Source: an uncultured archaeon (GTDB lineage Archaea > Asgardarchaeota > Jordiarchaeia > Jordiarchaeales > Jordiarchaeaceae). Taken from it: a stretch of DNA of 32,000 nucleotides. A model generated the notes under the pieces. It had not been told where the DNA came from and did no database searches. It was given only the letters and a program-made list of their open reading frames with translations. The position numbers were made by a program, and so were the translations under genes. The stretch lies in NCBI GenBank assembly GCA_964510585.1, contig CAZECW010000139.1:1-32000 (forward strand). Direction: 5' to 3'. Below are positions 17,224-25,883 of the stretch, in pieces. Numbering within the stretch: the first letter of the stretch is position 1; every line of letters starts with the position of its first letter.

Positions 17224-18357
17224 TTATGTTTTTTGTTGTAGGGCGAGGACCGCCGCTTCTATTATTGTTTTTGTGAATTCTTCAAGTGTGAATCCTGTGT
17301 AGTCTATTTTGTTACTTTTGAAGGCTTCAACTATGGCGTTGCTTATGGCCTTCTCGTTTTCCGCTGATATTCCTTTGAGGGCGTTAACCACTTTTTCCAG
17401 ACCGTCTGCTGGGGAGAGTAGAAAGTCGCCAGTTATGAGAATGTCTCTAATCTTTTTGGTCTTGTCTATGGCTACGCTGGCGTTGATAGTTCTTTCTGAC
17501 TTGTATCTGAAGGTTGCAGCCCTCCAATCGTTGGGCAGTTTACTGTACCATCTACTCTTGGAAACGCTGGTAACTACATCTTCTGCGGTGAGTTTTTTGA
17601 AGCCCTCAGTAATCATTTCTTTTTCTTCCTCGGTGAAGTTTCCGGGTGCAAATTCCATTCCCAGTTTCTGTTTCACAATGGTTAGCAAGAGATTCTTTAC
17701 TTCTTCTTCAGTAGGTGTTCTGGGTGCATCCTTTTCCATGCTACCCGCATACATGGTTACGTCGCGCAACAATTTGTCCTTCAGCTTCTCCTCTGGATAA
17801 ACATAATAATCTGTGAAGAACTTAACGCTGGGGGTAAGCCGGTTGATGAAGGTTCCCACCACAACCCCTTTTCCCCAAATTAGGGAAGTGCTTCCACCCA
17901 ACTTTTTGTCATCTTTTCGAATGTCGCCCGGATGACTATAGTAGGCGTCTAAAACACCCACCCTCATGAAGAGTTCTAGAACCACTTCGCCGGCCCAAAT
18001 CCTCTCAGCCTCCTCCAAATTTGGAAACACGTCCGTGGTTGTCACCAGTACCGCCGCGATTTGGCCCTTTGGGGCATAGTAGGTGCCAGCTCCACTCTCC
18101 CTCCGCCCCACCAGCACACCGTCCCTTTTCACAGCCTTGTACCTAATCTCATCCAAGTCCTCATACTTACCCAGGCTCAGTGATTCTTTACCATGAGAAA
18201 CAAATATAAGCGTGTCTGGAATCTTACCCGCATCACGCATCTTGGACAAAACATCAAAAGCCACAAGCAACTCTACACCAGACATATCAGAAACAATTAG
18301 TCTCCCCTTAGACTGAGTTCTAAACTTCTTCTCCCTTCTTTCCAACTGTTCCAACAC
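17224..18357 (-). CDS. Lipoate-protein ligase A family protein (catalytic plus C-terminal domain), intact paralog
   Basis: Motifs RRESGAGTYY (RRxSGGG-like) and DDKKLGGS (catalytic Lys region), with a C-terminal ILITGDF domain. GTG start at 18357 follows GGAGGTG. Confidence 0.75.
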   Translation of the reverse strand: MLEQLERREKKFRTQSKGRLIVSDMSGVELLVAFDVLSKMRDAGKIPDTLIFVSHGKESLSLGKYEDLDEIRYKAVKRDGVLVGRRESGAGTYYAPKGQIAAVLVTTTDVFPNLEEAERIWAGEVVLELFMRVGVLDAYYSHPGDIRKDDKKLGGSTSLIWGKGVVVGTFINRLTPSVKFFTDYYVYPEEKLKDKLLRDVTMYAGSMEKDAPRTPTEEEVKNLLLTIVKQKLGMEFAPGNFTEEEKEMITEGFKKLTAEDVVTSVSKSRWYSKLPNDWRAATFRYKSERTINASVAIDKTKKIRDILITGDFLLSPADGLEKVVNALKGISAENEKAISNAIVEAFKSNKIDYTGFTLEEFTKTIIEAAVLALQQKT

Positions 18358-18919
18358 AAAAAACACCTCCAACTCAAAGAATAAATCTATGTATTATAAT
18401 CTCCAACCATCTTGGGGCTGTTAATCGTTGAAATTAGAGAAAACCTGTTTTTCTCCACTAAGGAATACATTTTCAGTGATAATCAACATATTTATAATTT
18501 TTGGAGCAAAGAGGGACAAAATGCAGCTTCTCCACATTTGTACCGAGCAAAACTAATCCGTTGCGTATAACCGGCCAAAATGTGGGTAGTAGGAGGAAGC
18601 GAAACTTACTGACAGGCCTCATATAAATAGTTTTTTTGTCGATAGTTTTATAAAGAAAACAAATCCAGAGAAACGAAATCCAGAGCATCGTAAATATGAA
18701 GTGAAGCGTTACCCCTTTAAATGTGAGGCGTTAGTGGCTACAGTGATTCCTCCACCAAAAAATCACACGCGAAAAATGGTGACCAAAATTCGTTAAGACG
18801 CTGCGAACAGTCTTTTGATTAAACCTTAGAGTGGAGGAAAACAAAGGCGGAAGACCCAAATAAGCATTCAAACAAAGAATGGATATTTCGTACTATTCTG
18901 GATTTAAACCAACTTGGGT

Positions 18920-18957
18920 GAAACCCTATTTTGAAAAATCAAAACGGGTAGGGTTTC
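18920..18957. promoter_or_regulatory. Imperfect palindrome upstream of the thiolase-fold operon
   Basis: GAAACCCTA-TTTTGA-AAAA-TCAAAA-CGGG-TAGGGTTTC ends 42 nt before the ATG at 19000. Confidence 0.4.
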
Positions 18958-18999
18958 CAGAGGCTGAATAAATTGAATTCCTTTGTAGAGGTTTAAATT

Positions 19000-20142
19000 A
19001 TGGATAAAGAAGTAGCCATTGTGGGAGTAGCACAAACCAAGTATGAGGAAGAAAAGGCGGATTTACCCTACTCTGAACTAGTTTTCGAAGTCGTCAAAAA
19101 ACTCCACGACGAGCTGGGAATAACTAAAGACGACGTGGGAAGCATAATAACTAGCTCCAACGATTTCAACGACGGAAGAACAATAGCCAGCATGGCCATT
19201 CAGGATGCTTTAGGAGCCGTGGGAAAATCGGAGTCCCGAGTATCGGGAGACGGAGCATTCGCCTATGTCTACGGAGTAATGAGAATACTAGAAGGAACAT
19301 ACGATACAGTGATGGTGGTTTCACACTGCAAGTGTTCCGAGTCAAACATTTACCTTGTAAACAATTCTATTTTTGAGCCCTACTACCAGAGATGGCTGGG
19401 ACTAGACCAGGTCTCTTCGGCGGGATTAATGGCGAACATGTACTCACACAAGTATGGAATCACCCAAGAACAAGCGGCAAAAGTGGCAGTAAAAAACCGC
19501 AAAAACGCTCTAAACAATCCCTACGCACATCTACAAAAAGCAGTTACAGTCGACGAAGTCCTAAATTCCAAAATGATGGCCTACCCCCTCAAAGAACTAG
19601 ATCTACCGCCACTCTCGGACGGAGCTGTAGCAATGCTCCTAACAAACAAAGAGAAAGCCAAAAAATATACAGACACACCAGTGTGGTTTAAGGGCCACGG
19701 CAATTGCACCGACGCCTACTACCTTGGACACCGCAACATGACCGACCTCATAGGACTAGAACTAGCAGCAAGAGAAGCCTACAAAATGGCGGGAATAAAA
19801 AACCCCATGAAGGAAATCGACGTAGCAGAAATCTATGAAGCGTTCACCTACCACGAACTAATGAATTATGAAGCCCTAGGACTATGCAAAAAAGGCGAGG
19901 GAGGAAAACTCATCGACAGCGGACAAACAGAAATGAACGGAACCCTCCCAGTAAACCCCTCAGGAGGCGTACTCTCAAGCAACCCCTCCATGGCCAACGG
20001 ACTAGTTCGTGTAGCAGAAATCGCACTGCAACTAATGGGCAAAGCCGAAAAAAGACAGGTGAAAGACGCCAAAATTGGACTAGCCACAGGAATGAATGGA
20101 ATCTGCTCCCAAGGAAACTGCGTAATCATATTAGAAGCATGA
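19000..20142 (+). CDS. Thiolase-fold protein lacking catalytic Cys/His, Ltp4-like (putative aldolase subunit)
   Basis: LHDELGITKDDVG...NDGR...ESRVSGDGAFA has no Cys where ExACASG is expected. AEIYEAF has Tyr for His, and NPSGGVLSSNP has Asn for His. Confidence 0.75.
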   Translation: MDKEVAIVGVAQTKYEEEKADLPYSELVFEVVKKLHDELGITKDDVGSIITSSNDFNDGRTIASMAIQDALGAVGKSESRVSGDGAFAYVYGVMRILEGTYDTVMVVSHCKCSESNIYLVNNSIFEPYYQRWLGLDQVSSAGLMANMYSHKYGITQEQAAKVAVKNRKNALNNPYAHLQKAVTVDEVLNSKMMAYPLKELDLPPLSDGAVAMLLTNKEKAKKYTDTPVWFKGHGNCTDAYYLGHRNMTDLIGLELAAREAYKMAGIKNPMKEIDVAEIYEAFTYHELMNYEALGLCKKGEGGKLIDSGQTEMNGTLPVNPSGGVLSSNPSMANGLVRVAEIALQLMGKAEKRQVKDAKIGLATGMNGICSQGNCVIILEA

Positions 20143-20161
20143 AAATGAGGAGATGAAAAAT

Positions 20162-21322
20162 ATGGTAAAACAAAAAGTAGCAATTGTGGCAACCGGCCAA
20201 ACAAAACACAGAAGCCGAAGAAGAGACGTCAACATATCCGAAATGATTTATGAAGCAGTAAAAATGGCCCTAGATGAAGCCCAACTCACACCCAAAGACA
20301 TAGACGCCGTCGTTATTGGAAACATGGACCACTTCGAAGGAATAAACTTCTCCGAAATGTGGACCGGAATAGAATCCGCACCTGGATACCTCAAACCCGT
20401 AGTAAAAGTAGCCACAGGGGGAACCACCGGAACCTCCCTAGCAGCATACGGATACTACGCAGTAGCCTCTGGAATGTATGACAAAGTACTAGTAGTGGGA
20501 TGGGAAAAAATAAACGAAGGAGGAGCCACAACCGGAATAGTAACAGCCTTCGACGCCAGATGGGAAAGACCCGCCCTAGCCGGGGCACTAGGCCCCCTCG
20601 CTCTGATGGCTAGTATGTATATGTGGGAATTTGGAGTAACACCAGAACAAGCCGCAAAAGTAACAGTCAAAAACAGAAGAAACGCAGCAAATAATCCCTT
20701 CGCACACCTGCAACAACCCAACATGACAGTAGAAGAAGTGATGAACTCACCAGTAATATCGTGGCCCCTAAGACTCCATGATTGTTGCCCGCAGAGTGAG
20801 GGTGCTTGTGCGATTGTTTATGCGGGTGAGGGTGTGGCTAGGAAGATTAGTGATAATTTGGCGTGGGTTAAGGGTGTGGACACGGGGCACTATTATACTT
20901 ATGGTGGCGATGATGTGATGCATAAGTATCCTGCGGCCAAGATTGCTTCTACCAGGCTTTACAAGAAGGTGGGTATTAGGAATCCGTTGAAGGATTTGGA
21001 TGTGGCTGAGGTTTATGAGCCGAGTAGTTGGGCGGAGCTTATGTGGACTGAGGCTTTGGGTTTCTGTGAGTATGGTCAGGGTGGTAAGTTGTTGGATGAG
21101 GGTGTTACTGAGATGGGTGGTGAGTTGCCAGTGAATCCTTCGGGCGGTGTTATTGCGACGAATCCTATTGGTGCTACGGCGCTTATTCGTGTGGCTGAGG
21201 CTGCGATTCAGGTTAGGGGCCTGGGTGGTAAGCGTCAGGTTCCTGATGTGGAGTTGGCGTTGGCTCATGGTTTCGGTGGTAGTGTTTGGGCGGATCTTAT
21301 GATTTTGGGTAAGGAGCCTTGA
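20162..21322 (+). CDS. Thiolase-fold protein lacking catalytic Cys/His, Ltp3-like (putative aldolase subunit)
   Basis: Motifs GQTKHRSRRRDV, DHFEG, ATGGTTG (no Cys), WEK, NPFAHLQQP, CPQSEGACA, AEVYEPSSWAELMW and NPSGGVIATNPIGA, closely matching actinobacterial Ltp3 as I recall it. Confidence 0.8.
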   Translation: MVKQKVAIVATGQTKHRSRRRDVNISEMIYEAVKMALDEAQLTPKDIDAVVIGNMDHFEGINFSEMWTGIESAPGYLKPVVKVATGGTTGTSLAAYGYYAVASGMYDKVLVVGWEKINEGGATTGIVTAFDARWERPALAGALGPLALMASMYMWEFGVTPEQAAKVTVKNRRNAANNPFAHLQQPNMTVEEVMNSPVISWPLRLHDCCPQSEGACAIVYAGEGVARKISDNLAWVKGVDTGHYYTYGGDDVMHKYPAAKIASTRLYKKVGIRNPLKDLDVAEVYEPSSWAELMWTEALGFCEYGQGGKLLDEGVTEMGGELPVNPSGGVIATNPIGATALIRVAEAAIQVRGLGGKRQVPDVELALAHGFGGSVWADLMILGKEP

Positions 21323-21336
21323 TTTGAGGTGATTTT

Positions 21337-21822
21337 ATGAGTGAGAAGAAGGAAGAGCCTTTTACTATAAATTGGCTTACTGATTTGCCTTATCGTTATG
21401 CTTTGGGACCCGTTGCATCGAAGTTCTTTAGGGTGCTTAAGGAGTCTGGTAAGTTACTGGCGATTAAGTGTAGGAAGTGTGGGAAGGTGTTGTTCCCTCC
21501 GAGGTCTGTGTGTGCGGACTGTTTGGTGGAGATGACTGTGGATGATATGGTTGAATTGAGTGGTGAGGGTTCGCTGGATGGTTTTACTGTGGTTAATTAT
21601 CCTTTTGTGGATCCTAATACTGGTGAGACGAGGCCTTTTCCGTATGGTTATGGTGCGATTAAGTTGAAGGGTACAGATACTTGGATGCTGCATTTTGTCG
21701 ATGAGACGGATCCTGGGAAGATTAAGCCGGGTATGCTGGTGAAGGCGGTGATTAAGCCTAAGAATGAGCGGAAAGGTACTTTAGAGGATATACCCTACTT
21801 TAGAGCGGTTGAGAAGAAGTGA
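21337..21822 (+). CDS. DUF35 zinc-ribbon/OB-fold protein 1
   Basis: KCRKCGKVLFPPRSVCADC followed by an OB-fold segment (GYGAIKLKGTDTWMLH). Confidence 0.9.
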   Translation: MSEKKEEPFTINWLTDLPYRYALGPVASKFFRVLKESGKLLAIKCRKCGKVLFPPRSVCADCLVEMTVDDMVELSGEGSLDGFTVVNYPFVDPNTGETRPFPYGYGAIKLKGTDTWMLHFVDETDPGKIKPGMLVKAVIKPKNERKGTLEDIPYFRAVEKK

Positions 21823-21847
21823 GATTTCAATCTGTGGAGGTTTTGTT

Positions 21848-22288
21848 GTGAGTGAGGATAAGTATTTTCATGGTAGGATTAGGGTGCCTTATAGGCATGT
21901 TGCTGGTGCTTATGCTGGTCGGTTTATTCAGGAGATTGGCAATAATAAGAGGATTATGGGTGTGAAGTGTTCCAGATGTGGTAAAGTGTATGTTCCTCCT
22001 AGGATGGTTTGTTTTGCGTGTTTTGAGAAAATGAAGGAATGGGTCGAAGTTGGCAAGCAAGGTACGGTTAAGGGATTTACGGTGGTTAACTATTCGACGC
22101 CAGTTATGCCGTTGAAGCCCCCCTTTGCTTATGGGATTATTGAGTTAGATGGTTCAAATACTGGTTTTGTGCACATCATTAAGGAGGGTGACCCCAAGAA
22201 GCTGAAGGTTGGCATGCGGGTTGAGGCTGTTTTCAAGAGCAACCCAGAGGGCAACATTTTGGACATTGAATACTTCAAACCAGTATAG
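21848..22288 (+). CDS. DUF35 zinc-ribbon/OB-fold protein 2
   Basis: KCSRCGKVYVPPRMVCFAC, PPFAYGIIELDG and GMRVEAVF. GTG at 21848 follows GGAGG. Confidence 0.9.
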   Translation: MSEDKYFHGRIRVPYRHVAGAYAGRFIQEIGNNKRIMGVKCSRCGKVYVPPRMVCFACFEKMKEWVEVGKQGTVKGFTVVNYSTPVMPLKPPFAYGIIELDGSNTGFVHIIKEGDPKKLKVGMRVEAVFKSNPEGNILDIEYFKPV

Positions 22289-22448
22289 TATGCTTCCCCT
22301 TTTTCATTTTTTATTTAGATTTTTTGTTTTAGGGATTGTTTCCCAATTATGTTTGTTTGACGCTCTCTGCGACCAAAAATAGGGGGATTTTTTCGCCAGC
22401 AATTAGGTGTAATTTGATTCTCTTCTGAGTAGGGTAGTTTTTTCATTT

Positions 22449-23135
22449 TTAGGCGATTGTTTTCCACACGAATCTTTGACTCCCAAGAATTAGCAATAGT
22501 ACTGCTAACAGTATTGGGCTAATTGGGAACAAGGGTGTGATGAATTGTAGAGTTCCTGTTAGCATAAGTAGGAGTATTACTATTACTGCAAGGAGCGAGA
22601 ATTGGGCTGCTGTTAGTGTGTAGACAGCTAGTTTTTCTTTGGGGGTTCCGTTTCTTAATATTTCGCGCATTCTCTTTTTGGCTTCTCCATAGGTTTTGTA
22701 GCGGTTTGAGGACGGTAGTCTCCAAGTTCTGAGCGTGAATAGTAGGTCTCGAAATTCAGCCTCTTTTAAGAGTCTCAAAAGGACCCAGTTGTGTAAATCA
22801 ATTATTATTAAGGAGAGTGCAAGGGTGAAGATTAGAAGTAGTAGCGTCATTTCGGTTATTGTGTTAATTTTGAATAGTGTGATTCGGTTGGAGAGGTACG
22901 CGATTCTCACGGTGAAGGTGGTGGCTTCAAGATCCCATGGTCCGAAGAGGTTCTGGTAGTATGAGGGTGCGCTGGAAAAGAGGAGAAGCAATTCCAGGGG
23001 TATACTAAAAACAGTGGAGAGCGAGAGCCAAGTGTAGGTGAGAAAGAGGATTGCTCAAGGAATCCATGATAGAAATCCTATCATTACCATTCGTTTGAAC
23101 GCATTATTTACCTCTAATTCCTCTTCTAGAAACAT
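22449..23135 (-). pseudogene. Multi-pass membrane protein with an in-frame TGA at codon 27 (23055-23057)
   Basis: ATG at 23135 gives MFLEEELEVNNAFKRMVMIGFLSWIP*AILFLTYTWLSLSTVFSIPLELLLLFSSAPSY..., continuous in frame with the tracked 180-aa hydrophobic ORF. Confidence 0.55.
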
Positions 23136-23302
23136 TTGATTAGCTCTCCTAGACGCACGCTATTTTTATTCTTCTTTGAGTATAAAAAGTTATTTTGGGT
23201 TTGAATGAGACTGGTTTTAGAAAATTTTATAACAATGTTTTAACCTAGATTTAGGTTAATGTGTTTCCATAAGACTACTAAAAAGGGTAGGAGTAGAGTG
23301 TT

Positions 23303-24316
23303 TTGGTTTCTAAAGGAGAAGAGATGCTAAGAGAAGATATTGAGAGGGTTCAGGAGCAGAGACTGCAGAGAGAAGTGAAGTACGCTTATAATTATTCTGA
23401 GTTTTACAGGAAAAAATTCGCTGATGCTGGGTTGAAACCTGATGACGTAAAGAGTTTGGATGATTTGTCGAGGATTCCTGTTACCTCCAAGGAGGAGGTT
23501 CTATCCAAGTTTAGTGACAGTGATCCTTTTAGTGGTCGGCTTTGTGTTCCCGTAGATAAGTTGTGGTATATAATTTTACCTCATGAAGCCACGTTGTCTG
23601 GCAGACCACTCTACACTGCATATACTTATAATGATCGCCGGGTTCTTCTGGAACAGTTGACGCGGTTCTTCCGAATGCTTGGTGTTGGAGCTAAGGATTT
23701 AGTTATGACTTCTGGTCAATCTTGGGAGCTTACCCCAAGAGTTCTGGAGAGCGCATTCACTATTCAAGAAACGGTTCAGGATAGGTTAGGGTTCATCAAC
23801 ATGCCTTTGGAGGCTTCCCTAGTTTTTATTGATATGCCTAGAGCCATTTATCTCGGGGAGCAACTTAAACCGAGAATTTTTTTCACCCTAGTATCATACT
23901 TTGATCAGGTCACTCAGGGGATAAAGAGTCAAAAAAAGGTGCCTAAGGATGTTTTTCAGCCGGAAATAATTGTTCTAAGAGAGTTGATGGATGATATGCG
24001 GCTTACAGATGAAAAGCAAAAGGAGTACAAAAGTGAGTGGGGTAGTGAGTTTTATAGAATGTTGGACGTACAGGATACTGCTTTTCTTGCCATGGAGTGC
24101 CCTGAGCACAATGGACTACACGCATGGGAGGACATGTTCATCATAGAGGCATTGAGTAATGGAGAACCAGTGGCTGAGGGTAAGAGAGGAAAGTTGACAA
24201 TAACTAATCTCTGGTCAGAGGCTACACCAGCGATAAGGTGGCAAACAGATTACGAAGTGACTTTGGACAAAAAGCGCTGCAAGTGTGGAGGAAACCATCT
24301 GAGAATTAAGCTATGA
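23303..24316 (+). CDS. Degenerate PaaK-like (phenylacetate-CoA ligase/F390 synthetase family) protein: N-domain only, P-loop eroded
   Basis: Motifs YSEFYRKKF, DLSRIPVTSK, ECPEHNGLHAWED and GKLTITNL...PAIRW. ILPHEATLSGRP stands where STTGTTG is expected, and the protein ends at RCKCGGNHLRIKL before the C-domain. An alternative ATG lies at 23324. Confidence 0.75.
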   Translation: MVSKGEEMLREDIERVQEQRLQREVKYAYNYSEFYRKKFADAGLKPDDVKSLDDLSRIPVTSKEEVLSKFSDSDPFSGRLCVPVDKLWYIILPHEATLSGRPLYTAYTYNDRRVLLEQLTRFFRMLGVGAKDLVMTSGQSWELTPRVLESAFTIQETVQDRLGFINMPLEASLVFIDMPRAIYLGEQLKPRIFFTLVSYFDQVTQGIKSQKKVPKDVFQPEIIVLRELMDDMRLTDEKQKEYKSEWGSEFYRMLDVQDTAFLAMECPEHNGLHAWEDMFIIEALSNGEPVAEGKRGKLTITNLWSEATPAIRWQTDYEVTLDKKRCKCGGNHLRIKL

Positions 24317-24334
24317 AAAAAGGGTTTAGAGTGG

Positions 24335-25684
24335 ATGTTTATGGTAGATTGGAGAAAATACTGGAACGAGCCAATTGAGACTATATCCAGAAAGGATCTA
24401 ATGGAACTGCAATTTAAAAGGTTAAAGAAGCAGTTAAACAACATTTATCATAACTCCTCATATTATAGGGGAGTGATGAGAGAAAGTGGGATTTCGCCAG
24501 ATGATATAAAGTCATTAGGAGATTTTACTAAATTTCCAGTTACCTACAAGGATTCAGTGAGAGAATTGATAAATGCGGGTGACCCCTTCGGCGGCCTATT
24601 ATGCGTTCCATTTGAAGACATAAAATCTATTTATTCCACAACGGGCACTACAGGAATACCTTCAATACATGCTCAGACCAAAGAGGATCAAGAGTACAGC
24701 GCAGAGCAAACTGCTAGGCTAACTTGGATGCAGGGATTTAGGCCAGGAGATGTCCTTTTTTGGCCCCCCGTGAGATGGAACGGGTTCATCTTCGGCGTCA
24801 CCCCGGGACTAGAAAGAATAGGGGTAGTATCAATCACAAATATTTTGTATCCTTTACCCAACTATGCAGACAAAATGGTCTACGCTCTTAAACACCTTCG
24901 CCCTGACGTAATGGCAGTACCAATAGTGATATTTGACGGGTTTCTAGAATCCTGCAAAAGACTTGGGGAAAAACCCGCTGAAATATGTGAAAGCTTGAGA
25001 GCAATTTCAATTGGTTATGGAGATGTTTTAACAAATAGCTATCGGCAAAAGTTAATAAAGGAGGCGAGGCTAGAGCCGGAGAAGATTTTTAGTGGCGGTG
25101 GGGCAGCGGATACCATGATTCATTTGGCGGAGTGTGAAGTACGTGAGGGCACTCATATTTGCGAGGATCTTTATTTGGCTGAGATTCTAGATCTGGATAC
25201 CAAGGAGCCTGTGGGGGAAAATGAAAGGGGCGAATTGATTCTATCGAATCTTTATATGAGAGGCACCCCACTTATAAGGTGGGGTAGTGAGGATATTTCC
25301 ACCTTCAGTAGGGAAACTTGTAAGTGTGGTAGGACTCATGGTAGAGCAACTTGGATTGGTCGAACAGGTTTCCAGCTTAATGTTATGGGTAAATGGATTC
25401 TTCCTTTGGATGTTGATGATCTGTTTATAGATGTGCCGGAGGCTGCGGGTACTCCCTTTACACTTTTCAAGTATAAGAAGGGCGTGATGGAGAAGCTGAA
25501 GATGAAGATGGTTTACGATGGAAGCAAAGGTTTAACCAAAGAGGAGTTCAGAGCGAAGGTTTCTGGAATTATTAAGGAGAAACTGGGTGTTGAAACCGAT
25601 ATTGAAATAGTGGATTCCATAGACGATTTGCCCAAAATTGCCCACAAATATAAAAGAGTTGAAGATCTCACCAAAGAAAGTTAA
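24335..25684 (+). CDS. PaaK-like acyl/aryl-CoA ligase (phenylacetate-CoA ligase family)
   Basis: Intact YSTTGTTGIP P-loop, GELILSNL...TPLIRW, CKCGRTHGR, the hinge IGR and a terminal catalytic-Lys region (KYKRVED). Confidence 0.85.
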   Translation: MFMVDWRKYWNEPIETISRKDLMELQFKRLKKQLNNIYHNSSYYRGVMRESGISPDDIKSLGDFTKFPVTYKDSVRELINAGDPFGGLLCVPFEDIKSIYSTTGTTGIPSIHAQTKEDQEYSAEQTARLTWMQGFRPGDVLFWPPVRWNGFIFGVTPGLERIGVVSITNILYPLPNYADKMVYALKHLRPDVMAVPIVIFDGFLESCKRLGEKPAEICESLRAISIGYGDVLTNSYRQKLIKEARLEPEKIFSGGGAADTMIHLAECEVREGTHICEDLYLAEILDLDTKEPVGENERGELILSNLYMRGTPLIRWGSEDISTFSRETCKCGRTHGRATWIGRTGFQLNVMGKWILPLDVDDLFIDVPEAAGTPFTLFKYKKGVMEKLKMKMVYDGSKGLTKEEFRAKVSGIIKEKLGVETDIEIVDSIDDLPKIAHKYKRVEDLTKES

Positions 25685-25883
25685 AATGAAGGCTTAACCC
25701 CTATTTTTTTAACTTATTTTTGCCACAGTTGAGGCCCACTAGAATATGTGTGTGTTTGAATGGTTCAATGCGGTTTTTCCAGGGTGTTTGGGGCGGGGAG
25801 CATATTGTTCAAAATGAAATCTTTTTAAATGTGCTATGGGTAAATTATACTTAGACAACAACGCTGATGGGGTTGTTTAGATA

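Noticed and set aside
17309-17800. 163-aa plus-strand ORF
   Set aside because: It is an antisense shadow of the intact LplA-family gene.
18661-18685. Direct repeat aaatccagag x2, as a possible CRISPR or iteron remnant
   Set aside because: There are only two 10-bp units, 5 bp apart, with no array structure.
20768-21268. 166-aa minus-strand ORF overlapping the Ltp3-like gene
   Set aside because: It is an artefact of the G/T-ending codon tract, which depletes reverse-strand stops. The product is T/L/I/N/H-rich with no motif.
19000-21322. Annotation as ordinary acetyl-CoA acetyltransferases
   Set aside because: The catalytic Cys and His positions are substituted in both proteins.
23055-23057. 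Selenocysteine interpretation of the in-frame TGA
   Set aside because: The codon sits in a hydrophobic helix with no redox or metal motif, and I could not identify a SECIS.
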